Positions 56,486-64,000 of a DNA stretch of 64,000 nucleotides are shown one piece after another (positions within the stretch are counted from its first letter, which is position 1; the number at the start of each line of letters is the position of its first letter). Both the position numbers and the translations under genes were made by a program. The notes beneath the pieces were generated by a model. The model was not told where the DNA came from, did no database searches, and was given only the letters and a program-made list of their open reading frames with translations. Location of the stretch: IMG/VR virus record IMGVR_UViG_3300044213_000107, positions 1 through 64,000 of that record; one strand, 5' to 3'.

Positions 56486-57402
56486 TATAGTCTTGAGAGT
56501 TCGATTAGTGTTGACGAAAGATTGATTTCGGGATCGGCAATCATACTATGATTTACCAATCCTTGCTTGATGATAATAACAGCATCATCTTGTTTTTCTT
56601 GGGTGTCGCCCCAGAGTTCTAGGTTGTTGTATAACCAAGTAAATACTTCTTCCATTTCTTCGGGCCGAGCTTGACTGCAAATAAGTTGGCGTGCTTCTAT
56701 TAGTCTACGTTGTTTAAATAAATCAACTGCAGCTAGTTTATAGTCTGCAGTCCCAGAATCTGTTTCGCTGGGAGGTGCCAATTGTCCGCCCTTACTATTT
56801 GGTTGTAAAAGTTGCAGACATTTACGGAGATCTGGGTATGTGGCTTTTACATAACTGTCTAAGGTATCTAGATCAAACTCAACGCCTTCGGTTACTAATA
56901 CTGTGGCAGCACGGGCAGTAAATTCTGTTTGATCAGATTTATCAATTTGTAATTCTACACAACGACTTTTTAAAGGAGTAATAATCCTGTGTGCAAAATT
57001 ACAGGTAAAAATAAACCTAGCTTGACTTTGATATGTTTCCATTAGGCCACGCATAATTGCCTGTGCGTTTGGACTTAGATAATCTGCCTCGTCTAGCAAT
57101 ACAACTTTGAAACTGCCAAACGGCATAGTCTGCACAAAGCCTTCGACCTTGCCTTTAATAAAGTCAACACCATTGTCTCGACTTGCGTTAATATGCAAAA
57201 AGTCATAGCCGTCAATTTTTAATTCATTAACCAATACTTTGGCCAATGTTGTTTTACCAGTACCTGCACCGCCGTATAACAACAAATGCGGAATACTGCC
57301 CTCGGCAATCCATGTTTTTATTTGATCTTCAGTTTTCGGATTAGTGAATACATATTCACCGACTGTTTTGGGCCTATACTTTTCCGTCCAAAGTTCTATC
57401 AT
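56485..57402 (-). CDS. Clamp loader AAA+ subunit (gp44/RFC-like)
   Basis: WTEKYRP, GGAGTGKT, INAS, LDEAD, SRC. Confidence 0.93.
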   Translation of the reverse strand: MIELWTEKYRPKTVGEYVFTNPKTEDQIKTWIAEGSIPHLLLYGGAGTGKTTLAKVLVNELKIDGYDFLHINASRDNGVDFIKGKVEGFVQTMPFGSFKVVLLDEADYLSPNAQAIMRGLMETYQSQARFIFTCNFAHRIITPLKSRCVELQIDKSDQTEFTARAATVLVTEGVEFDLDTLDSYVKATYPDLRKCLQLLQPNSKGGQLAPPSETDSGTADYKLAAVDLFKQRRLIEARQLICSQARPEEMEEVFTWLYNNLELWGDTQEKQDDAVIIIKQGLVNHSMIADPEINLSSTLIELSRL

Positions 57403-57749
57403 TCGTATCTCGATCCTGGTTGGCCTGACTCATTGCTGTTAGTACAGGCTAGGTTGTGGTCTGTGGCATGCGGACATCTTTTATTGCCGCATTCGGGACA
57501 AACAATAAATGTGTAAGCGGTCACGGGCAATCCGTTGTTGCCTACTTTATCTTTGTTACAATTATAACACCAGCACTGCATTTTTGCTTGACTATTTTTG
57601 CCAATTGCAGCAAATGCTTCATCCTCAAGCAGTTGGTCTTCGACTTCACGAGGAGTCTTTTTGCCAAAAATCTTCTCCCAGTTGGCCGCAAATTCTTCCT
57701 GACTTACAGAGAAAGGTCTGGCACTGGATCCTTTTCCACCGTCACCCAT
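57399..57749 (-). CDS. Hypothetical Cys-rich (Zn-binding) protein
   Basis: CWCYNC, CPECGNKRCPHA.DH..AC. Confidence 0.65.
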   Translation of the reverse strand: MGDGGKGSSARPFSVSQEEFAANWEKIFGKKTPREVEDQLLEDEAFAAIGKNSQAKMQCWCYNCNKDKVGNNGLPVTAYTFIVCPECGNKRCPHATDHNLACTNSNESGQPGSRYE

Positions 57750-57761
57750 GGCGATCTCCTA

Positions 57762-58181
57762 TTATTCGTATTGTGTGCGTTCTTTGCGCTCTGCGTGTAC
57801 AGCAGTGCTGATTGTTTCGAAATCTGGCTCATCGTCTTGAATACCAATAACGCATTCGGGATCTACCCTGCGTAAGGTTAAGTCTTCACCATTGATTCTA
57901 ACTTCTATACCACGACTCCAACGCCCGTGTTCGACTAGTATCCATTGTCCGACAGCAATATCTTCCTGTTCCGGGCCAACATGTGTTACCTTACCCCAAC
58001 GTGGACGAATACCGTCGGTCTTTTTATCATCGCCCAACAGTATAATTCCACTGTTTAGTGTGCGTTGGCTAAACTGCATGTCGGTGACAATTACATGATC
58101 CTTGATTGCACGTATACCTGCGACTTCGTTGGTAAATTTGAATTTGTTGCTTGCTTGAAATAATTGTTCGTCTTTTGCCAT
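57762..58181 (-). CDS. GroES-like co-chaperonin
   Basis: D.VIV, SGIIL, G.V..VGP, VG..IL. Confidence 0.8.
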   Translation of the reverse strand: MAKDEQLFQASNKFKFTNEVAGIRAIKDHVIVTDMQFSQRTLNSGIILLGDDKKTDGIRPRWGKVTHVGPEQEDIAVGQWILVEHGRWSRGIEVRINGEDLTLRRVDPECVIGIQDDEPDFETISTAVHAERKERTQYE

Positions 58182-58190
58182 TGTTGTCTC

Positions 58191-58652
58191 TTAGATACGT
58201 TGTGGGCCCCGAGCCTTGGCCTGTTGTTTTGGAGTTTTCATTAACTCTTGCGTTACTGTCTGTGGTTTACTTGCAACTGCTGCTGCTAGCGTTCCACGCA
58301 TCGATGGAGTTGCAGATTCAAGTGCCGAAGGTGGTGGCTCTGCCGATGTTGGCACAGGTACAGTCTGAGGCACAGGTGGGTCAACCCACTCATCTTCTAA
58401 TGCTTGATTGTTTGTTGTGTTTGTCACCATAGTATCCTCCTGTATAGTAGGTTGCGTAATAGTTGGAGTATTTAACGCATAGTATTCGGACATTATCTGT
58501 TCTTTGGTTTTAACGACCCGTCCGCCGTGACCTAATTCATCGCCGCGAGCATTTACTTTCATGTTGCCAACTGCAATTGTACTTTCATTGCTGGCCATGA
58601 TTGTATCTAAATTGATTGCTTTTCCCATAGCGGTCTTATAAGTTCTCGCCAT
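58191..58652 (-). CDS. Hypothetical protein
   Basis: AGGAG RBS; GATAAATA promoter at 58672-58679. Confidence 0.7.
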   Translation of the reverse strand: MARTYKTAMGKAINLDTIMASNESTIAVGNMKVNARGDELGHGGRVVKTKEQIMSEYYALNTPTITQPTIQEDTMVTNTTNNQALEDEWVDPPVPQTVPVPTSAEPPPSALESATPSMRGTLAAAVASKPQTVTQELMKTPKQQAKARGPQRI

Positions 58653-58674
58653 ATTTTTCTCCTTGATAGGGTAT

Positions 58675-59193
58675 TTATCGTAAAAATTCTTCTATGTTTA
58701 AATCATAGTATATACTGTTGATTTTATGTACACCAATAAGATATAAACAATAACTTGCTACGCTAGAGCCTCTTCCTACACCCCAGACTACCGAATTTGC
58801 TCGCATAGTGTCCACAAAATATTTTAAGTATCTAAGTAAATCAAATAGATCACGTTCTTGATACAATAGTAGTTCCTTGCCAACACGTTGCAATTCTTCT
58901 TGTTGTTTGCATTGATCTAACAACCATTTGGCTATGTCTAATTTCTTATATTCATCGGGCATGTGCCAACAACTTTGTTGAGTCCGGTGAAATGTATCAA
59001 CATCATAATCTGGCGGTAACTGATGATATTCCTGAACTTTTGGGAAATCACTGTAGGTTAGTCGCACGCTGGTATTATACCGATCCCAATCTTCTACTAA
59101 AAATTTAGACAGGTCTAACTCAGGATCTTGGTAAAGTAGATCACAAAGTTCCTGAGTTGTTGTATACGTTTGACCAAGGTGATCGTGCTTCAT
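58675..59193 (-). CDS. DNA polymerase III alpha (DnaE)-like fragment
   Basis: RV..EL, VWGVGRGSSVAS..LYLIGV..IN.I.YDL..E.FLR. Confidence 0.8.
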   Translation of the reverse strand: MKHDHLGQTYTTTQELCDLLYQDPELDLSKFLVEDWDRYNTSVRLTYSDFPKVQEYHQLPPDYDVDTFHRTQQSCWHMPDEYKKLDIAKWLLDQCKQQEELQRVGKELLLYQERDLFDLLRYLKYFVDTMRANSVVWGVGRGSSVASYCLYLIGVHKINSIYYDLNIEEFLR

Positions 59194-59438
59194 CCGATAT
59201 CGTAAGACCCGCCTGAGTCCTTGTCTTTCTTTACTTTTTCCATCATGTCCGACATAATCTTTTCTTGCCTACGTGCAATTTCGGACTGGTAGCTAGAAAT
59301 CATCATTTGCAATTGTGGCACAGCACTACTAGGACCAGATTGATATGCTTGACCTAGTCGCTTCATTAGATCATTGTACTTCTTATACAAATCTTCTTGA
59401 CTAACTTCTGATAAATCTGGTGCTAGTGGGTGGAACAT
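59190..59438 (-). CDS. Hypothetical protein
   Basis: ORF track. Confidence 0.65.
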   Translation of the reverse strand: MFHPLAPDLSEVSQEDLYKKYNDLMKRLGQAYQSGPSSAVPQLQMMISSYQSEIARRQEKIMSDMMEKVKKDKDSGGSYDIG

Positions 59439-59845
59439 TATAAGTCTCCTGCTTGACGATTCTCACTATAGTATGCGTCGAATTCTCCGCCGGGATAACG
59501 AGTTTTTAATTTATTTACATTCTCGGCAATAACCTCGTTAGGGTCTAGGTTCAAAGCTCGACAAGCATTGATCCAGTACCACATGATATCACCTAACTCA
59601 CGCTTCATGTGAAATAAATTTTCTTCATTAACTGGTTTGCCTTGAAAGAAAATTTTCTTAGGTATCTCAGTAAATTCCCCAGCCTCGGCCGCAAGCCCAA
59701 GACAAGCAGTTAATAACAATGCAGGATTTACTGTGGTGTTGGTGTTAACATCCTCTAACCGTTCGATCATTACATCTGTAAAATTAGATTCTTTACTTGT
59801 TACTTCACGGACAAAATCTGTGTATTTGTTTAAATCAATTTGCAT
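59438..59845 (-). CDS. MazG-like NTP pyrophosphohydrolase
   Basis: GLAAEAGE..E..KK, ELGDIMWY, N..KL..RYP. Confidence 0.88.
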   Translation of the reverse strand: MQIDLNKYTDFVREVTSKESNFTDVMIERLEDVNTNTTVNPALLLTACLGLAAEAGEFTEIPKKIFFQGKPVNEENLFHMKRELGDIMWYWINACRALNLDPNEVIAENVNKLKTRYPGGEFDAYYSENRQAGDL

Positions 59846-59853
59846 AAAAGGCA

Positions 59854-59897
59854 ACTCCTAATAGTCTAAGTATACACTTTCAACTATTAGGAGTCAA
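59854..59897 (-). promoter_or_regulatory. sigma70 promoter embedded in a 12-bp inverted repeat whose downstream arm holds the mazG RBS
   Basis: TTGACT-17bp-TATACT; arms ACTCCTAATAGT (59883-59894) and ACTATTAGGAGT (59854-59865). Confidence 0.75.
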
Positions 59898-59914
59898 TGA
59901 TTTAGATTAAACTT

Positions 59915-60823
59915 TTAGCTCTTTAACCAAACGTTTGCGGCAAGGTCGTAAGTGAGTTTTACGGTTACATTACCTGAACTAAATGCAGAATTAGCAACCC
60001 ATTTAACTGGTACATTAATTGGAGAATGTACATAAAATGTAGTCACTGGCGCTAAACTAGTTATGCGCATTTCTCGTCCATTTTCTGGATTAGTGGGTAA
60101 GTTAAACCATATATTCGAAACTGTTGCGCTGTTGACGCTATCGACAATAAATGCATTATAATTTAAGTTGCCTTGGATACTAGTTCCGGTGGCTTGATTT
60201 GCTAGATAGATATGATACGGATTTACACCAGGATCCAACGAAGTCGCTAGATCAACGATCCAAAAGTTAGTTCCGTCTACGGTGATAAACTCAAACAAGT
60301 AATCACCGGTTCTCACAGACGACGGAGTGAATACCGGTACACCACCAGAAATTTGCATACCTTCGATATTAGTAACATCACCAATTGCTACAGTACTTGG
60401 CAAAGTCAGTGTGTACCCAGGGTTTGTTGCATTGACCCATAACTTAATGCTGCTTTTTCCAGCAGTTGGAAAGTTAATAAAGTTTATAGTAGTTGGACCA
60501 CTTAGCGTAATCTTTTGGAAATTACCATATTGAAAGTCAATAGTATAACTTCCAGTTTGTGTTCCATTGTCCTGGAAACTTTCGCTCCAACTAGTTAATG
60601 TTGGGTTTACAACTGCATTACCTGCAAAGTTATTGTTTAGTGTTGTATTTAATAAAGCAGATTTAAGAACTGCTTTGTTTTGAATATCTTCAATTTCTGC
60701 TTTAACATAAGCAAAATTATTGCGAATGTTTGTAAAATTAGTACGGAAACCTTCGCTGTCATTGTCTTGACCGGCTACTGGATATGCTCCGTTGATAATA
60801 TTTGGGTTAACTTGTGATGTCAT
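59915..60823 (-). CDS. Virion structural protein (baseplate/tail-fibre associated)
   Basis: YPVAGQDNDSEGFRTNF N-terminus, coiled coil then Asn/Thr-rich beta region. Confidence 0.65.
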   Translation of the reverse strand: MTSQVNPNIINGAYPVAGQDNDSEGFRTNFTNIRNNFAYVKAEIEDIQNKAVLKSALLNTTLNNNFAGNAVVNPTLTSWSESFQDNGTQTGSYTIDFQYGNFQKITLSGPTTINFINFPTAGKSSIKLWVNATNPGYTLTLPSTVAIGDVTNIEGMQISGGVPVFTPSSVRTGDYLFEFITVDGTNFWIVDLATSLDPGVNPYHIYLANQATGTSIQGNLNYNAFIVDSVNSATVSNIWFNLPTNPENGREMRITSLAPVTTFYVHSPINVPVKWVANSAFSSGNVTVKLTYDLAANVWLKS

Positions 60824-63800
60824 TATCTAAAAACTCCGATTTGTGGAAACTTAATATATTTATCCAATGCGCCTGGTGCTGCATAACTATCTCTGTGGCT
60901 GATAAATTTAGTGCCATTACCATCAAAAGTTGTTTTAGCAGCAACCTTGGCAACAACAATACTATACGCAGGAACTGTGCGTGTTTCACCTAAGCTTATG
61001 TCATAGAATAATGTTGTCTGTGGATAGTTAACGCCACTTTGTACAATAACCTGCTGACCTACGATTATTTCTTGCACAAAAGTTAATGTAACAACTTGGT
61101 CAATCCCGGTTCCGGTAAAATCAATTCTCCAGACACCTGCTTGTTGATTAACAGCGTTAGCTCCCGACAATTTATCTAGATATCCAGGAACAGTGTTGGT
61201 TTGGCTATATTCAACTGCATCAAAATTATTACTATCAAAAGGATCACGATAATTGTTCCAGCCGTTGTTTCCACCATAGGTCAATTCAAAATTTTCCTGC
61301 TGGGCAAATATTAATGTTTGTCCAGGGAAGAATGAACTTTGGCCGTCAATCCGTAGATTTTTTCTAAGCTCCGATACTAATCGGCCGTTGATGTTTTCAA
61401 AGCTTTCAGTGACTGCATAGTTAACTGTTGCAGACCCTGATATTTCTATTTTGGCACCTGTAACCGCTGTTATATTTGCATTAACAGTTATGGCTGTTCC
61501 ATTAACTGCGATTACTGTAGTACCATCTGGTATTGATGAATTTGTATCTACACTTGTAACCGACCAACCGTAGCCAATGTTTAAACTTGTTGTTATATTA
61601 AATGTAGTGGTTCCGCCAGTGCCAACAACCGAATTAGTAATATAATCTGTAAATGTATCTAGTGCAGCATCTTTAAGTAAGTTATCAAATGTGGTTTGAC
61701 TTCCAAGACTAAATGTTGTGGCAGCTATTACTACATTGGTTGTGGCATTTGCTTTATTATAAAATGAATTTGTTGCTAGATTGTAATTTGTTGATAAACC
61801 ATTATCCCATTGATATCTATCTGCTACAAAGTTAATTTCATTAAATGTTACATTTTTATTTTTTAATCGATAAGCAATTAAATTACCAGCACCTGGCACA
61901 ACATAGGCCAATACAACCGCTCGTGTTAATCCTAAAATTTTTCCATTTGTCTGTGGACTAGTCATCCATCCAGGCAATGCTCCTCGATTTGTATATCCAA
62001 TACTTTCCAATCTAGTCTGCATATTCGGAAAACTATTTGGATAAAATGCATTGTAAGAATTAAGGCCATACAGGTACGGGTTATTCTTCATAAAGATTTC
62101 TAATCCCGGTCCCATGTCGTTTATGCTTTGATCGTCTATAACATTAACATAAACAACTTCGTATTTTACATTAAAGTTAGCATCAACAGCTCGTGCTACA
62201 TTTATATCTCCAAAGTTGATTCGTTTGTTATAATGATTTTTTTGTATAGCATCGATAAATGTTGCAGCAGTACTAGGATGCAATCCTGCTAAAAATAAAA
62301 ACTTAATTTCTTTTGCAATACCAAACCAAGGATCATCTGGACGATATATTAACTCTCTAGGGAAAATATCATTGTCTGTAACAATATTTTGAAATTGTTG
62401 ACGTTGGTCAGCAGTAGTTAGTGCTTTTAAATAAACATTTTCGTAAGGACCCAGATTGTAATTTTGTACTGTTAAGGTAAAATTATTTGTAGTAGATATT
62501 GCACCATCTGCGGTAACCGCCTGCACGCCAAATCGATATGTGTTATCAAATGTAGTCGCACCACCATCTATTGTGGTACTTTGAGAATTGGAAACAACTG
62601 TTACTGTATACTGATTGCCGTTGGTGTTGCTTATTACTAATTCTGTACCTTGAGCCACAAAAATACTTGGACTAACAACAATAATGTCATTGACTTGATC
62701 AATAGCAATAATAGTACATCCAGATGCAACACCAGGGCCAGTGACCGACATGCCATTAGATAAATTTAAAACAGAACTTACTGTAATTTTTGCCGAAGTA
62801 CTGTCTAAACTGAAGTATTCAAAACTAGCACGACCAACAAGTCTTCCCGAAGGTAATAGTTTTATGCCATTAGGTAATCTTGCGTAAGGTTCATCAATTA
62901 ATGAATAAACTAAATTAGTTTCGCCATTACTGCGTACTGCACTCACTGATAATTCACTAACTGCACCATTTTGTATAGTTCCAATGTTGGCAGGAGAAGT
63001 CCATGTAACTATATCGTTGGCATTCTTGAAAACCGTGATTGAAAAATTCTTTGGCAAACTGCTATAATTTTTATTATATGTAATAGGTTGGTTAGGAGTT
63101 ATATGTACAGGACTGTTTACTTCGATTACTTCGTATTGACTGGTATTTAAAATGTCATTTTTATAAAATGCAATAGCATTAACTGGGGGAGTAATACCAG
63201 TTAGTAAATCGCCCACTGACAAATTACTAGGAATTCTAGAAACTAAAATGTTTGCATTTGAAGTAGTAATATTTGCGGTAATAAAACTATATTCTACAGT
63301 TTTGCTAGCAACTACACTAAAGTCATAAGATTTTTGTGTTTCAGTTTGACTTGGTAGTATCCCAGTTAACCAACCTGTGTTAGGATTGATGCTTACATTG
63401 GCAGGTAAACTCTGGAGTCCTTGGTCAAATTTATAAACTACACCATTTGTATCTGTATAGTCAAATGGTATTTGGTCAAACCCGTAGACATCCTGCACCA
63501 ATAATTCCCATGTTAGTGGATAACCTTCGATGTCATATCCTTGGAACTTATATGCAAAATTGCTATTCTGTACTAGATTTGGTATTGCGGCAGGATTACT
63601 TGTAATAATCGGTACATAAACATTGTCGGTATCAACTGGTATGTAGGTGTTATTGACATTTGTTAGATTATTATCAGCACTAAATCTTGCCTTGCTAATA
63701 ATCCATATTTTTACATCTTTGGTTGTGTAGTTGTTGCCATCAAATAACTGTACAGTAAAATTAAAATATTTGTCTACGCTCAATTGAACTGGGTCGTACT

Positions 63801-64000
63801 GTGTTATATCGCTAAGATTTGTGTCAAACCCATCACTGTTAATTGTGCTTGCTATTGGATCTGCATACCCAGATAATACCCCATCTGAACTAAGACTTAG
63901 CCCCGGCGGTAGTTCTCCTGCGGCCACAGACCAAACTAATACAGCGTTTGAGTTTGTCTGACTGCTGTTAAATTTATATTCAATATAAGTGCCGTCAAAA
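60823..64000 (-). CDS. Large baseplate wedge/tail structural protein with Ig-like repeats; 5' end outside window
   Basis: G.LPPGLSL...G.LSG repeats, TTFD motifs, KYIKFP end; frame stays open from 63927 to the window edge. Confidence 0.75.
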   Translation of the reverse strand, partial: FDGTYIEYKFNSSQTNSNAVLVWSVAAGELPPGLSLSSDGVLSGYADPIASTINSDGFDTNLSDITQYDPVQLSVDKYFNFTVQLFDGNNYTTKDVKIWIISKARFSADNNLTNVNNTYIPVDTDNVYVPIITSNPAAIPNLVQNSNFAYKFQGYDIEGYPLTWELLVQDVYGFDQIPFDYTDTNGVVYKFDQGLQSLPANVSINPNTGWLTGILPSQTETQKSYDFSVVASKTVEYSFITANITTSNANILVSRIPSNLSVGDLLTGITPPVNAIAFYKNDILNTSQYEVIEVNSPVHITPNQPITYNKNYSSLPKNFSITVFKNANDIVTWTSPANIGTIQNGAVSELSVSAVRSNGETNLVYSLIDEPYARLPNGIKLLPSGRLVGRASFEYFSLDSTSAKITVSSVLNLSNGMSVTGPGVASGCTIIAIDQVNDIIVVSPSIFVAQGTELVISNTNGNQYTVTVVSNSQSTTIDGGATTFDNTYRFGVQAVTADGAISTTNNFTLTVQNYNLGPYENVYLKALTTADQRQQFQNIVTDNDIFPRELIYRPDDPWFGIAKEIKFLFLAGLHPSTAATFIDAIQKNHYNKRINFGDINVARAVDANFNVKYEVVYVNVIDDQSINDMGPGLEIFMKNNPYLYGLNSYNAFYPNSFPNMQTRLESIGYTNRGALPGWMTSPQTNGKILGLTRAVVLAYVVPGAGNLIAYRLKNKNVTFNEINFVADRYQWDNGLSTNYNLATNSFYNKANATTNVVIAATTFSLGSQTTFDNLLKDAALDTFTDYITNSVVGTGGTTTFNITTSLNIGYGWSVTSVDTNSSIPDGTTVIAVNGTAITVNANITAVTGAKIEISGSATVNYAVTESFENINGRLVSELRKNLRIDGQSSFFPGQTLIFAQQENFELTYGGNNGWNNYRDPFDSNNFDAVEYSQTNTVPGYLDKLSGANAVNQQAGVWRIDFTGTGIDQVVTLTFVQEIIVGQQVIVQSGVNYPQTTLFYDISLGETRTVPAYSIVVAKVAAKTTFDGNGTKFISHRDSYAAPGALDKYIKFPQIGVFR

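Noticed and set aside
1-64000. Stop-codon recoding, DGR or retron
   Set aside because: Genes are intact and densely packed under the standard code; no reverse transcriptase or template/variable repeat pair seen.

Overview
64 kb internal segment of a large, AT-rich, T4-like (Rak2/freshwater jumbo-type) dsDNA myophage genome, almost entirely on the minus strand, with TAAATA late promoters and a few sigma70-type promoters. A Bug/TctC gene hints at a Betaproteobacterial host. Left to right: (1) a 7-deazaguanine/sugar DNA-modification-type cluster (QueD, FolE, second QueD-like T-fold protein, TGT/DpdA-like transglycosylase, glycosyltransferase, Ugd, GalE, DegT, cupins) with a GIY-YIG homing endonuclease and preQ1-riboswitch-like leaders; (2) replication genes (sliding clamp, family B DNA polymerase); (3) radical-SAM, 2OG-oxygenase and sulfotransferase-like accessory genes plus a highly structured ~95-nt RNA; (4) a ~10 kb block of putative capsid-packaged polyproteins with T4-like capsid-targeting N-termini, whose variable enzyme modules are joined by a conserved 15-20 bp DNA repeat encoding (E/Q)GVAEG - the best candidate for an undescribed system, a recombination-shuffled and protease-processed array of injected effectors; (5) ClpA and DnaJ; (6) a lysis module (3TM holin with an FG-repeat tail, spanins, GH19 endolysin); (7) a TctC/oxygenase/sulfotransferase/methylase cassette, PhoH, clamp loader, GroES, a DnaE half-gene and MazG; (8) baseplate/tail structural genes running off the right edge. 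All assignments are from motif recognition by eye; no searches were run.
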